NCBI GenBank assembly: GCA_048013815.1
Contig: CM106585.1
Span: 4,092,001-4,156,000, forward strand
Source of the DNA: Setoptus koraiensis
Lineage: Eukaryota > Animalia > Arthropoda
Length of the DNA: 64,000 nt
Direction of reading: 5' to 3'
In this document: piece after piece, positions 1 through 11,793 of the stretch
Position numbering within the stretch: the first letter of the stretch is position 1
How the letters are laid out: every line of letters starts with the position of its first letter
The notes under the pieces: generated by a model
What the model was told of the DNA's origin: nothing
Seen by the model: the letters and a program-made list of their open reading frames with translations, nothing else
Databases searched by the model: none
Program-made: the position numbers and the translations under genes

Positions 1-83
1 ACAACAGCAACAACAGCCACAGCAACAACAACAACAACAACAACGACAACGACAACAACAACAACAACAACAACGACGACGAC
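1..83 (+). repeat. (CAA/CAG/CGA)n trinucleotide microsatellite
   Basis: Directly visible acaacagcaacaac...gacgacgac run at the window start. Confidence 0.9.
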
Positions 84-2046
84 TAGCAAAAGCAGCGGCG
101 AAAAACTGGTCACCTTTTTAGCCCCAGCAGCAGCTCTCCGAATTCTTCTTTGTTCGTTCGTTTGTTTGTTTGTCGCTGCTGGCGTTGTTGTCGTCGTCGT
201 CGTTATTCAGTGCGACAGGTGAGCTAAACTGACAAGCTTGTCAGTTTCAGTCGTACACACACATACATGCAGCGAACACAGCGAACACAGTGACAGTTAC
301 AGTTACTGGCCAGCGAACAGGCCAGTATTGATCGTTGAGCGAGATAAGCTAACTCAATGATCCAAAGAGACTGTACTACTCTACTATCATCAAGAGGGGT
401 TCTCCGGCGAACACTTGTCTCGCCGGTGCCTTGCCTCGCCGGTGCCCTCCCTCACCTGTGCCACACTCACCTGTGTGCAACAGTGTCTCAACTTGAGTTA
501 CCGTTACTCGTTCGTTGCGACGAAAACAGAGTTGCCAATAGTGGCAACAGCAACACTTGTTGCACACATGGTCACACACCATGGGAGAATCTATCCATCA
601 TCATCATGTAAAATCATCATTGTTTGTATTCACCGTTACCGTTTTTGCAGTAGCGGCCTCCAGCGCACTGCCACCGCTTGCAAGCTACACAGCGGCCAAT
701 CGCTACTCAACCAACTGACTTTATGTAAAGCTATTCACCTGGCCAGTGCTTTACATAGAGCTTTACATGGAGCTTTACATAAAATAAAGTTGAGCGCATT
801 TTCTTGAAACGATTCTATACAAACATAAAGTGATATTGCCCAATGTTGAGCACTGCAACAATGATGACGGCAACAAGCCCACGATGCTGCTGCGGTGGAC
901 AGTTACACAAAAACGTCGTTTAATATAGCAACATCTTGCCCACTCAGCTCACTACTGTCACTCTGACTGTCACTCTGTCTGCTCAGGTAATAGGCAAATT
1001 TTACCACCATTTGTCTGATACTAATGGACCAGTTGAAAAGAATTTTGCAGTTTACATATTACACACTGTTAGTAGTGGTAGTCGTGGTGGTGGTGGTGGT
1101 GGTGGTAGATGTAGCAAGCGCACTAACGGTAGTAGCAGGGCCAGCAAAGGCAGAAATAGAAGTGGACGCAAGTGGCAGAAGTAAAAGTAAAAGTAGCACT
1201 CATACAAGTAGTTGTAATGGTGGTCATATACAGCCGTCGTTGTTGTGCTCAACAACAACACATGCGAATTATTTTATTTGAGCATTTGAGCATCTGAGCA
1301 TTTTAGTATTTGAGTAAACACGGCCAGCTAGCCAGATTTGTGCCTCTAGTTGTTGTTGTTGTTGTTGCTGCTGCTGCTGCTGTTGTGAGCACCACCAATA
1401 AGGCAAATCTTCATTACTACCACTGAGGTATCTATGAGCGGTTGTTGACGCCACTGTTACGCTACTCTCAACTAGCTAACTGCAAGCAACCAGGCTAGCC
1501 AATGACCATGTTGTCGGTTACGTAATTGTCCTGGCTACCTGTCTAGTGAGACATTATAATAACAGTTTGTACAACATTGTAGGAGGCACAATCTATATAA
1601 AATTTCTTCTATTTCTTATCCTCTGTGCGCTGCGTTCGAAATACAAACAATGATTATGGACACAACAGGGCATAAGCCGTTGCAATAACTACATCATCAT
1701 TATTATTATATACATCATCATTATCGCCATAGTTCTTCGCTGGTGTTGCTCGACAAAAGTCATGTGTGCGGGATCAACAACAGTAAGCCAGTAATAATAG
1801 TAACAACAATGTGCAAACGCAAATAGTATCAAACCAAACCTCTCGCTCAAACCGATCACTTGTCTCGATCTATTATCAGGTAATAATATAACAGTAACTT
1901 GAACTCGAGTCACTTCAAGTCACTCACCAAAATACATGATGCTCGAGCAAACATTGTTGCATGCGGCCGCGGTCTACACAAATCATAATTTGAGTGACCT
2001 TATAGTTTGGGATGTATCAACACAACAACAAAACATTCTCCCCCGC

Positions 2047-2048
2047 GC

Positions 2049-2079
<31 letters not shown>
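2047..2079 (+). repeat. (CT)n microsatellite (GAGA-type tract)
   Basis: ctctctctctccctctctctctctctctctct. Confidence 0.85.
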
Positions 2080-3890
2080 TTGCCTTCTGTCACGTAACAT
2101 CTCTCATTCTCTGACAAACTTTGTCTGCTGGAAATTAATACAGATAGCTGCTAGTCACACTACTTACTCATGATATTGCTTACTCATGCAATAGGATAAA
2201 TACACTTGATAGGGTCAGTTGTGATGCCAAAAGATTGCAAACACACCAAAGTGAAGTTGCTCATGTGCAAAATCTTAGAGAGCAACTGCTTAAGTTCAAA
2301 GCAATTACGGGGCTGGCGCAATCCAAGCAAAATGCAACCCTACAATACATGCAAACGCCACAACGAGTTCTGGCGAGACATTGAACAGAAAAGTGGTTGA
2401 TAAGATATTTCACGATGATTGTTTATGTAAACGAAAGCGAAATATCTCATAGCATGATACGAAAAATCTCTGGAGAGCTCTTCAAAACAGCTCACAGTGG
2501 TCGCCTTAAAAGTAGTCGCCCTGAAAGAAGCAGTGATGCGTGGCTCACTCCCCAAAAGGTTGATACTACCTTGGCCATACTCAGATACCCTAGTCATATG
2601 TGATTATCTGACGGCAAAAAAAAATCTGATATTATTCCAATCAAAAAGGTTTCTGAGAAAGTTGTAATTGAGCTACAACTCACGAGAAAACTCACAAGAG
2701 GATTTACCAAACACGGGTGCTTATGAGGACTTGCTTTTGTCGCAGACTTTCAATATATTAATCCCATAACTTATCTCATTACATTTGTCAATCAGTATAA
2801 TTGGGCTAATTTTTTCCTTCATATTTCGCAATCAAACGGGCGAGAAACAACAAAGAAACAAAAAATATTTCCGGTTATCTATAGGCAATTGGTTGGTGTC
2901 GAACAATTGACTAAACATGATTGAGCTAATTTGAAGTGATTACGAAATAATTTAAATACATAGCGCAAGCTTGTATGAGCCAATCCAAGTTGACAAACAA
3001 ACAAAAGAATATATTAAGCAAACAAGGTAGTTCTTCACAGTTCCTCATAGCTATTTCACTAAATAGTCACTTTAGTAGTTAAAACTACACACCCAAACCA
3101 ATCAATAGCACCACTTCCGTGGGAACAACAATATGATTTGATGATTGAATTAGGGAAGGTCAATGTCATTAGATGATTGGCATTTGTAAGATATTTAATT
3201 ATCTATATTGACAATATTTTCTCCCCATGGAAATCCTTTTGCTGACGTCCAACAAAAATCAGAACAGATGATCACATAAAATATCTCCGACTTGTTAGCT
3301 GACAACCATTTATGAGAGTATCAATGATGCATGCAGCAGCAAATACGGAGAATCCTTTAGCGGCAATGTCCTAGTTTGACTCTTATGTTGGCTCAATTCT
3401 AGACAACTTGAGAATTAATCTATCCACGACTCCATCTTAAGTTATTGTCGAGCCATAATTGGGATGCTAATTCCAGCTCCGAGCATCCCAAGGTAGTAAG
3501 TATCTCTACCATCACATTATTTTACAACTGACATACTTTTAAATTGGATCCATAACCAGAGAACAATCAATACAACTCTAATGACGATCAGGATAGCTAC
3601 TTAGGTATAGGTGAGAGAACCATTACAAGCATTCTTGAAATTATCAGCTAATTAGAGAGATCAGTAGCTTTATTTTCAGTTCCAGTTTGAAGATGCGTCT
3701 ATCGAAAACTAAAACTCACTGGACCGTGTTCATGTTAAATAACAGATAACAGATTTTAAATAAGCCTCATAGACGACAACAATTAAAATATAATTCAACC
3801 ATGAGGGATGAGCTCGAGTTGCCAAGAGTCGAGTTTGGTGCAATCGCACTCCCATTGAACACAAGAGTCAGCATGGAGTAAGTTTCAAAT

Positions 3891-5936
3891 TTAGGAATCT
3901 TTTTCAGTCTCTTCCATTGTTGCCTTGCTGGGAAGTAGTCGCATAGATTGTAGCATGTTGCAAGCTGCCCCAGGTTGATTCGCTTCAAGACCAGCGTTGT
4001 AGGCTTCAAGCAAATTATGACATATTGCAGCGTCCATTTTTATATCTTCTGCCTCATCATCTGTATAGTCATCACTATCGAGTTCAGCTTTAGGTGCCAG
4101 TCTTGAGTCAACCGGCATGAAATCTTTCGAGCTTACGTTGGTTGATTTTAATTCCTCATCCATGAGTTTCATATAGTCGCGAATTTTTAGTGAGCCGCGA
4201 CTGCGCTCAGCTAATGGCACATCGTGATTAACATCTTGTCCAAGTCTCTTCAGATCACCGATCATTTCCTCAATTTCATCGTCTAGGCGTTCGTCTTCTC
4301 CAGATCGCTCATCTAGATCCGTATTAGTTGAACATTCATCGCCAAAATCGTCAACACCATCAAAGTCATCCTCACCATCGTAGTCATCTTCGTCTCCGTA
4401 TTCACTCAGATGCGATGAGCTATCGGATTCATCAGAAATTTTATCATCGTCCAGTTGACCCATGGACAAAATGGAATCACTATTTATTTCACAGCTCTGT
4501 TGTTGACTCGGACCGGCAATATCCGTTTGTCTTTCTACTTTTTTACTTGGAGGAACATCTTTCTGTTTTGGTCTCTTCCTGCTGACGAAATTTCGCATGA
4601 GTTTTGTCACGTCTTGAGGACCTACATTTCTGCTGCCCTTTTTGGTTGCAAAACATTCTTCAAGCAGTTGATCTAGTTGCTCAGCTGTGACATTTAACCA
4701 GGAATCATCATCATCGATTAAATTGTTTGAAAGAGCCTCCTCTTCTCGGAATCTTTGACAATCATTTTCAGACGAATCAATCAATGATGAAACCTTCGAC
4801 CTGATCAACTTCGTGCTCGACGTAACATGACTTTGCTGTGGGCTTTTCTTTATGAATGAATTATAGTAAGACTCTTTCGCTCTACCTAATAGCTCCTTGT
4901 ACAACCTAGAACCTACTAATTCATCTCGAAAATACCCATAACTATCAAGATTCTTCTTGTATTTCTGCCATTTTGAGTCGCTTTCAAAATCGTAAGATGC
5001 AATCTCATCAGTATGGCTATCGTTTACAATATCACCTCTAGCTCCAGCCATAATGATTTCGAAACCAGAAGCCAGTTTCAGACCCAGATCGTGCGCTTTA
5101 AACTCTGGTGCATTTTTTGGTGGGAGCGTCCAGCCTGATCTTTTATCGGGTAAGTAAATGTTATGGATGATTTTCGCGTATAAGTTACGAGTGAAAGTCA
5201 CAGTTCTCATAATCCTATCCTCAGGCCGGAAACGTTTCATAGTTCTGAGTGAGCGTGCTTCATAAGGATCACGCTCATAGAAGGCATCAACGGCTGGCGA
5301 AACAAACTGTGGGTTGCTCTCCAATACTTTAGCAATAGATATAGGTAAGTAACACTTGGCTCGGTGAAGTTGCGTTTTGTAAAATTCAGGATATCGATTG
5401 ACTTTAGAATTGATAGAATCTTGCACAGAATGATCGGCCAAAGTCTCATTTGGGTTACTTCTCATGAATTCGATTGCTATTTTTTTAGACTTCAGACTTG
5501 AGTTAGAGTCAAGTTTGAGTGTCTTGGGTATGATATGTAAGTTGCCTTGGTAAATAAATACTCTATTCTCACTATTGCTAGGATCCAACCATTTGGGTAT
5601 GTAATTGGCGGCCTCTATGAGCAGCATTTGGCCATCAAAATCTTCTAAAGTGATTGCAAGCTCTTGATCTAATCTACTCAGTTCGTACAATAAATAAATA
5701 ATGAACCATTCATCGTCAACATTATCGCCATAATTGGTAGATCCAGACAAAAACTCTGATTGATCTACGGGACATGTGCTAAGGCTCAGACTGAATTCCT
5801 CTTTATTCCAGATGAATCCGTTAGCTTTTGATTGGACGAAGGCCAGGTAGTCATCTAACTTAGCCGAGATATGGTCTATTCGGTCCGATTTTGCGGGAAA
5901 ATGTAACTCATACGTAATAGTGTCCTCCATGGTCAA
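3891..5936 (-). CDS. ecd: Ecdysoneless (SGT1/ECD family), intronless, 681 aa
   Basis: Family-typical motifs GSTNYGDNVDDEWFIIYLL, DGQMLLIEAANYIPKWLDP...NRVFIYQG and DDDDSWLNVT, plus an acidic C-terminal region. Confidence 0.93.
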   Translation of the reverse strand: MTMEDTITYELHFPAKSDRIDHISAKLDDYLAFVQSKANGFIWNKEEFSLSLSTCPVDQSEFLSGSTNYGDNVDDEWFIIYLLYELSRLDQELAITLEDFDGQMLLIEAANYIPKWLDPSNSENRVFIYQGNLHIIPKTLKLDSNSSLKSKKIAIEFMRSNPNETLADHSVQDSINSKVNRYPEFYKTQLHRAKCYLPISIAKVLESNPQFVSPAVDAFYERDPYEARSLRTMKRFRPEDRIMRTVTFTRNLYAKIIHNIYLPDKRSGWTLPPKNAPEFKAHDLGLKLASGFEIIMAGARGDIVNDSHTDEIASYDFESDSKWQKYKKNLDSYGYFRDELVGSRLYKELLGRAKESYYNSFIKKSPQQSHVTSSTKLIRSKVSSLIDSSENDCQRFREEEALSNNLIDDDDSWLNVTAEQLDQLLEECFATKKGSRNVGPQDVTKLMRNFVSRKRPKQKDVPPSKKVERQTDIAGPSQQQSCEINSDSILSMGQLDDDKISDESDSSSHLSEYGDEDDYDGEDDFDGVDDFGDECSTNTDLDERSGEDERLDDEIEEMIGDLKRLGQDVNHDVPLAERSRGSLKIRDYMKLMDEELKSTNVSSKDFMPVDSRLAPKAELDSDDYTDDEAEDIKMDAAICHNLLEAYNAGLEANQPGAACNMLQSMRLLPSKATMEETEKDS

Positions 5937-6162
5937 TGGTAGGTTATTCTGTGGTTTGATGAGTTGAAATAAATTGCGTAAGAATGATGTAATAAAGAAT
6001 TGCTTCGATATTCTGAGAGGGATTCATTTGAGAATTAATTCTGGACGCTTTGTCCACATGGTTTTCTGTATCATGTGCTCACATCAAGTTTGCATTTATT
6101 TGTTCGCGAACATAAGGGGGCAAAATAATGACGTTCCCTCTGTTTACCTTACGTTTTGTGAG

Positions 6163-6176
6163 TTTGCGCGCCAAAA
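6163..6176. promoter_or_regulatory. E2F site (TTTTGGCGCGCAAA on the minus strand) in the ecd/RRM2 divergent promoter
   Basis: tttgcgcgccaaaa contains the E2F consensus TTTSSCGC about 350 bp upstream of the RRM2 ATG. RNR small subunits are established E2F targets. Confidence 0.65.
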
Positions 6177-6527
6177 TTCCGTTGTTTGATAAAGGTTTGT
6201 TTGTTGTTTTTCTTGAACGTTATTGTTCTGGTGGACCCTCTCTATGCCATCGTCGAGGGTATAAATAACAACGTATTTTACCAGTCAACTTATTCTTAAT
6301 CGGACACAAAAATAATTCGGTTATTTCTGAATCGCCTCACAATCAAATTTTTAATTCGACCTTGACAGACATAATACATAACGTCATATCCGCTGTGTTC
6401 GAATAATCATTTCATCACTATACAGTTTAAATATCAATTCGATTACTATCAGTCAGAAATATACTATAAAACATACTGTTCGCTTCATTATCACAATCAA
6501 AATATATCGTTTTAATTTTATTGCATC

Positions 6528-7659
6528 ATGTGTGGAACAGCAAAATCACTAGAAGTTCGAGCTCACGACGAAGAGCTTGAATTGGACAAGATAATCGACA
6601 ATCGCTTGGACAATATCGCTGCTGATCCTAGCCAGCTCTTTTTCCGTGTCAAATATCCCGACTTATACGAAATGTATAAAAAAGCCGTAGCCTGCTACTG
6701 GACTGTTAAAGAAGTTGATCTATCGAGGGACCTAGAGGATTGGAGAAAGCTAACAGATAACGAGCGTCACTTTGTGTCTCATGTACTGGCATTTTTCGCT
6801 GCTTCAGATGGTATTGTGAATGAAAATTTGGCAGAGAGATTCATGCTAGATACCAAACAAGAAGAGGCAGAATGCTTCTATGGTTTCCAGATAAAGATAG
6901 AGAATATACACTCTGAGATGTACTCATTGCTCATTTACACTTACATCAACGACCCACAAGAGAGGGAGAAAATGTTTAATGCCATCGTTACAATTCCTTG
7001 CGTCCGTAAAAAGGCTAGTTGGGCGATGAAATGGACTTCAAGTGCTGCCACTTTTGCCGAGAGACTCATTGCCTTTGCCAGTGTTGAAGGAATATTCTTC
7101 TCTGGATCATTTGCAGCTATATTCTGGTTGAAGAAGCGAGGCCTCATGCCTGGTCTGTGTTTTAGTAACGAGCTGATTTCAAGAGACGAGGGACTCCATT
7201 GCGACTTTGCATGTAATTTGTTCAAGTATGTAGAAAACAAACCATCCGAGGAAAGAGTTCATTCCATAGTCAAGGATGCTGTGGCAATTGAGCAAGAGTT
7301 CTTGACTGAGGCGTTGCCGGTTGCCTTGATCGGAATGAATAATAATTTGATGAAACAATACATTGAGTTTGTAGCTGACAGACTTCTTGTCGAATTGGGA
7401 TACTCCAAGGTAAGATAAAAACAGTAGAAGATTTTCTCTTTCCAATATCAAGCTTCCAGCAGCTTTCTAACTGTCATCTTATCATAAAATCCGTGCACTT
7501 CAATAGATCTTCGGTAAGACAAACCCGTTCGACTTCATGGAGCAGATTTCTCTCGAGGGGAAGACAAATTTCTTCGAAAAAAGGGTCGGAGAGTATCAAA
7601 AGAGTGGAGTGATGAGCAATCCAGATGAACTCAAGTTCACATTGGACGCGGACTTTTAG
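6528..7659 (+). CDS. RRM2: Ribonucleotide reductase small subunit; exons 6528-7409 and 7507-7659, 344 aa
   Basis: Motifs [29 protein letters not shown] and [12 protein letters not shown] 97-nt GT-AG intron (AAG|gtaaga...caatag|ATC) restores the conserved C-terminus [26 protein letters not shown]...FTLDADF*. Confidence 0.97.
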
Positions 7660-7712
7660 ATCAGCCCATAATGATTGACAGACCAATGTAGCATTAATAC
7701 TTTTATCACCAG

Positions 7713-7725
7713 AATAAACTTTATT
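7713..7725. terminator. Back-to-back polyA signals: AATAAA (+) at 7713-7718 and AATAAA (-) at 7720-7725
   Basis: aataaa-c-tttatt between the convergent RRM2 and CDC7. The minus-strand signal overlaps the CDC7 stop codon. Confidence 0.6.
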
Positions 7726-9121
7726 TATATTCAAAAAGTGGATGTTTCAGTGCTCCAGAGGCAGATATTCTAGTCAGTGGATTCGGGTCCAGTAATTTCA
7801 TGAGTAGATCGTGGGCTTCAGGGGGTATGTCGAATTGAGTTTTCTTGGGGCTCGATTGGCGAATTCTTTGGCAAAGTTCTAGCAGATTTTTGGGGCTGTG
7901 CTTAGGTCGTACGGTCAGTTTAAATCCGATGGATCTTGCAGCATCAATGACCCGGTCACTTCCCAATAAATAAATAATCTCGGCTAGAGCGGTCGAATCA
8001 TCGACATCTCTGAAGAATGGATAATGCCCAGATAAGAGACACAAGAATATGACTCCTGCTGACCAAATATCTAAGGCGGTTGTCTGAAAGCGCCATCTAA
8101 TCAGGACTTCAGGGGCTTTGTAACCTGGTGTTCCTGCTTTGGGTGCTAGAGGCTCCGGTCTGGATGTGCAAATGGTACAAACCTTGGGAAGACCCCTACA
8201 ATCACATGAAGGACCAGTTATTGTCCTTCGGGCTGACGGGGCTCTAGAAGTGGGTGTGACAGGGGTCACTGGCTTGTACTTGGGTTGATTATTTTGCAAA
8301 TCTTCGTTGACTCTTAGCTTCTTGAAAGTTTGATCTATTTCAGGGGGAGACTCTTGAGTCGATGATTGTCTTTTGTTGCTAAAGCTGTGGCTCCATCCGC
8401 GTGATGTAGGAGATGTGACAAAATAACGGCTCAGATGGCGACTATTTGATAAAATGTGATTATTAGCCACAGTGTGGTTGCTTTTGAAATTTTGATTAGC
8501 TTGTTTGGGTGTAGTTGGTGGGGTCATAGGGAGATGTTGTAGAGGGGTCGGTTGTAAATGTTGGGCAAATTTGTATCGTGACCATCTAACTGTGGGATGG
8601 TCCTGCATGTAATGTGCTAGGCCGAAGTCAACAAGTGAATATGTTCTATCTTTTCTATTGTACAAAAAATTGCTTGGCTTAATGTCTCGATGGATGACAT
8701 TATTTTCATGAACATGCTCCAACGCTATGAATAAATTCTTCATATAATCTATTATTTCGTTCAAATCTAGTTTCTCGACGTAATCACTGAAATTTTCATG
8801 ATCGATCATGTCCATAAGGATGTAAACTTGTCCCATGTGAAAATGTGCAGTGTGCATCTTGACAACATTTGACTGACCGCCGAGATCTCTCAAGAGCCGA
8901 AGTTCGCTAGCTAACCGTGGTGGTTTAAGTATAGGATGAATACATTTTAGTGCAAATCTGGCAAGTACAGGAGAATTCGGCGAACTAGTGATGGGTGGTG
9001 ATGTGGCCTCCAAAACTTTTCCAAATGCTCCTTGGCCAACATAGTTTCTTTTCTTGACAGCGCCACCTTCGAGCGTATACTCTTTGTCGTGAACACTCAG
9101 ATAATTTCGGATATAGTCCAT
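7721..9121 (-). CDS. CDC7: Cell division cycle 7 kinase (DDK catalytic subunit), intronless, 466 aa
   Basis: GQGAFGKV, ALKCI, HRDIKPSNFL and LVDFGLA; long kinase insert carrying the CDC7 Zn motif CDC...VCTIC; AGTPGYKAPEV; DIWSAGVIFLCLLSG.YPFF. Confidence 0.93.
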   Translation of the reverse strand: MDYIRNYLSVHDKEYTLEGGAVKKRNYVGQGAFGKVLEATSPPITSSPNSPVLARFALKCIHPILKPPRLASELRLLRDLGGQSNVVKMHTAHFHMGQVYILMDMIDHENFSDYVEKLDLNEIIDYMKNLFIALEHVHENNVIHRDIKPSNFLYNRKDRTYSLVDFGLAHYMQDHPTVRWSRYKFAQHLQPTPLQHLPMTPPTTPKQANQNFKSNHTVANNHILSNSRHLSRYFVTSPTSRGWSHSFSNKRQSSTQESPPEIDQTFKKLRVNEDLQNNQPKYKPVTPVTPTSRAPSARRTITGPSCDCRGLPKVCTICTSRPEPLAPKAGTPGYKAPEVLIRWRFQTTALDIWSAGVIFLCLLSGHYPFFRDVDDSTALAEIIYLLGSDRVIDAARSIGFKLTVRPKHSPKNLLELCQRIRQSSPKKTQFDIPPEAHDLLMKLLDPNPLTRISASGALKHPLFEYK

Positions 9122-9321
9122 ATTTCTTTAATGTTCTTCTAGCAAATATCTATAATAATGTTGTGAGTTGAGAATTATTTTCAATCTGAAAGTGCTTGGT
9201 CAATTCATGAGCTAAAATGATTCTAGAGAGATGTGGTTGGTTCCGACTATAACGATAAAATATATATAGATAAATACAAGCAGGATCCACATGTAAACAC
9301 ACATCGAACAGACAATAACTG

Positions 9322-9409
9322 TTGGCGCGCAAAAATCAATGAGCGTACGACTATGGGGGAAAAGTATATAGGTGTTTCTTTGCCCCATCATATTCTTGCT
9401 ATTTGGCGC
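9322..9409. promoter_or_regulatory. Two E2F sites upstream of CDC7 (TTGGCGCGCAAAA 9322-9334; TTTGGCGC 9402-9409)
   Basis: Consensus-matching sites 200-290 bp upstream of the CDC7 ATG. Confidence 0.6.
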
Positions 9410-9614
9410 TAATTGATGAATCATCTGTTGTAAGTGAATTCCCAATTTATTGATAAATAGCGGGTAAAAGAGGAATTAACACGAGGATTTTTATAAGTGA
9501 ACAAACCAAAATTAGGGATTTCTTGAGTACAGAATATTGGGGAATAGTCTCACTGACGCTATTTTTAAAAGGCACAATTTTTCCTTTGTTTGCCTTTGAA
9601 AGAATAGATAATTA

Positions 9615-11048
9615 CTAACATGATGATTTTTCACCACCAGCCTCTGCTGCTGCACTCTCACCAGCAGCCGGCTTATGGTTGTATTTGAGAATAAATATTA
9701 CACTAGACGGCTTGGACGAGTCAACAATGTAAAGCTCCTGACCATCAACGAGATTGAGCTCGACCAGAGTCTTGCTAAGATTCTCCCTCGTCTTCTCTTC
9801 TAGCGACGCAACAGTTTGTATGTATAATGTACGATTTTTACCATTCTCAGCATTTATAGTGGTTATTCCGGGAGACTTCATCTGATATTCATTGGACTCC
9901 ACCAACAAATTAACTATATCCTCCAGCTTAGACTCGGGATCTAAATTTAGGGTACGTTTCGTCCGACTGCACGTTATACAATCGTCCTTTTTCTCCGCCT
10001 CGAATGTATACGAATATATGCCGGAACTGAGATTGAAAACCATATAATTGTTCATGTATTTTGCACAAGACGTGGCCAACTTAAAAGCCTCATTGGCACA
10101 ACTGGCTGCGATACATGCATTTGTTGAAGCTACTGCTGGAATAATTCTTTTCACGACGCCTTGTGTCAACCTATAGGTAAAGCTAGCTATGCCATATTGC
10201 TTTGCTCGCTCTAAAGCCTGTTCATGTATCCAACCAATGTGTTTCGGATCATCCCCATCGATCGCCACATCCTGACCAAACGGTCTGTCCTTTGGCCATT
10301 GCAGTACTTTCACAAATTCTACACAGTGCTCTGGCAGTCTCGGCGTTTGGGCAATCGTACAAAGAGGGTAGTTAATCTGAGGGGGATATAAATCTAGATT
10401 GCACTCTAAGCAAGCGGTAATTCCAGGCAGTATCACTCTAGAATTTCCTTTCAGTCCCTCGGTACCTCCGTCGATCAACGGTATGATTGAGCTCTCAATC
10501 AACTGGCCATCATCGTCGTAATCTAGTAGACCTACTATCATAGCATTAATCCACCGTCTGGCAACTATTGAATCTAGACCGCAAACTATGATATTAAAGT
10601 TTCTATAAAAGTCTTCACCGAAGTCTTGTATTTTAGCGTGATGAGCTACGACATTACAACCGGGAATGCGACTATTAACAAATTTGGCCGCTGTCTCAGC
10701 TTTTGATTTTCCGATGTCACAAGTTCTAAATAAGAATTGCCTGTTTAGATTGCTTAGTTCTATCGTATCCATGTCGATCATATCAACATTGTGAAAGCCC
10801 ATCAAACACAAATCTTTGAGTAGCTCACATCCTAGGCCGCCTGCACCTACTACCAAAATCTTACAATCATTCAAAAGGAATTCCAGCAGTTTATCACTTG
10901 GCTCAAAAAATTGTTCTACGAATGGAGATTTTCTCTCTAATACTTTCCTAACATGAGTCCATCGTGATGGATTGAATGTTGGTAGCCCGCTGACTTTACT
11001 AGTAGTATCCATTGTATCATCACGGTTTTCATTAGTATTGGTGCCCAT
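9615..11048 (-). CDS. UBA3: NEDD8-activating enzyme E1 catalytic subunit, intronless, 477 aa
   Basis: [35 protein letters not shown], catalytic [27 protein letters not shown] and a C-terminal E2-binding region. Confidence 0.97.
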   Translation of the reverse strand: MGTNTNENRDDTMDTTSKVSGLPTFNPSRWTHVRKVLERKSPFVEQFFEPSDKLLEFLLNDCKILVVGAGGLGCELLKDLCLMGFHNVDMIDMDTIELSNLNRQFLFRTCDIGKSKAETAAKFVNSRIPGCNVVAHHAKIQDFGEDFYRNFNIIVCGLDSIVARRWINAMIVGLLDYDDDGQLIESSIIPLIDGGTEGLKGNSRVILPGITACLECNLDLYPPQINYPLCTIAQTPRLPEHCVEFVKVLQWPKDRPFGQDVAIDGDDPKHIGWIHEQALERAKQYGIASFTYRLTQGVVKRIIPAVASTNACIAASCANEAFKLATSCAKYMNNYMVFNLSSGIYSYTFEAEKKDDCITCSRTKRTLNLDPESKLEDIVNLLVESNEYQMKSPGITTINAENGKNRTLYIQTVASLEEKTRENLSKTLVELNLVDGQELYIVDSSKPSSVIFILKYNHKPAAGESAAAEAGGEKSSC

Positions 11049-11361
11049 TGTATTCTATGGTTAGAGCCTTCGAAATAGCTGCGGAATTAAAGGTCTGCTA
11101 TTGTATGTGTAAATGATTTTCTGAGTATTCAATCTGAAAGTGCAGTTTTATTTGACAGTGGAGCATATTTGTTGAGCCAACATTGAGTCGAGTGTTTTAT
11201 TCACGATAGGCAACTAGAATCAGCTGATTCGGTCCAGCTGGGTAGATTAAACTGCAAATGATCATCAAAAATACATGTAATGGTTACACCAGTAATTGCA
11301 ACCAGTAAGGAACTAGAAAAAAATAATGATAAAAAAAACGTCTTGTGTGAGTGAGTTTTAT

Positions 11362-11793
11362 TTATCCGGAACAGCCTCGGCATCCACAGTGTACGCATTC
11401 TATCACTGTTTTACCTTCTAGTTGGGCTCTTGGCACACGGCAAATACAATTGGTATGGAAATTTGTGTCCCTTGTTTGAACACATCTAAGACAGCATAGA
11501 CTTTCATAGCCTTGCTTCTTCCACTTTGCTATCAGATTACCATCAATGATCTTCTCTTTTATGCAAAATTCGTACAATTCTTTGGATATCTCTTTCTTCT
11601 TATAGAACATGTCGTAGACAAAGCGAGATCTCTGGTGATGTATCTTAAATATAGGCCAAACAGATTCCACCTTCCGCTTTCCTTCGTGGCTTTCACTTTC
11701 AGCCTCTCGCATCCTCCCTTCTAACTCTTCCAAAGTTGGCTCCAGGAGATCCCATCCTTCTGGTGGTGGTCTGCGAGTTCGTATTCGTGGCAT
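11362..11793 (-). CDS. BUD31: Splicing factor BUD31/G10, 143 aa (start at the internal ATG 11793)
   Basis: [46 protein letters not shown] and CICRVP...[12 protein letters not shown]. Homology begins at Met41 of the listed ORF. Confidence 0.96.
   Translation of the reverse strand: MPRIRTRRPPPEGWDLLEPTLEELEGRMREAESESHEGKRKVESVWPIFKIHHQRSRFVYDMFYKKKEISKELYEFCIKEKIIDGNLIAKWKKQGYESLCCLRCVQTRDTNFHTNCICRVPRAQLEGKTVIECVHCGCRGCSG

Noticed and set aside
3459-3510. 10-bp perfect hairpin TTGGGATGCT/AGCATCCCAA plus an adjacent 5-bp stem
   Set aside because: About one such stem is expected by chance in 64 kb, and there is no other support.
2200-3760. Decayed gene or transposon in the AT-rich gap (also 58300-59500)
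   Set aside because: Only short hydrophobic reading fragments; no recognisable domain, terminal repeats or target-site duplications.
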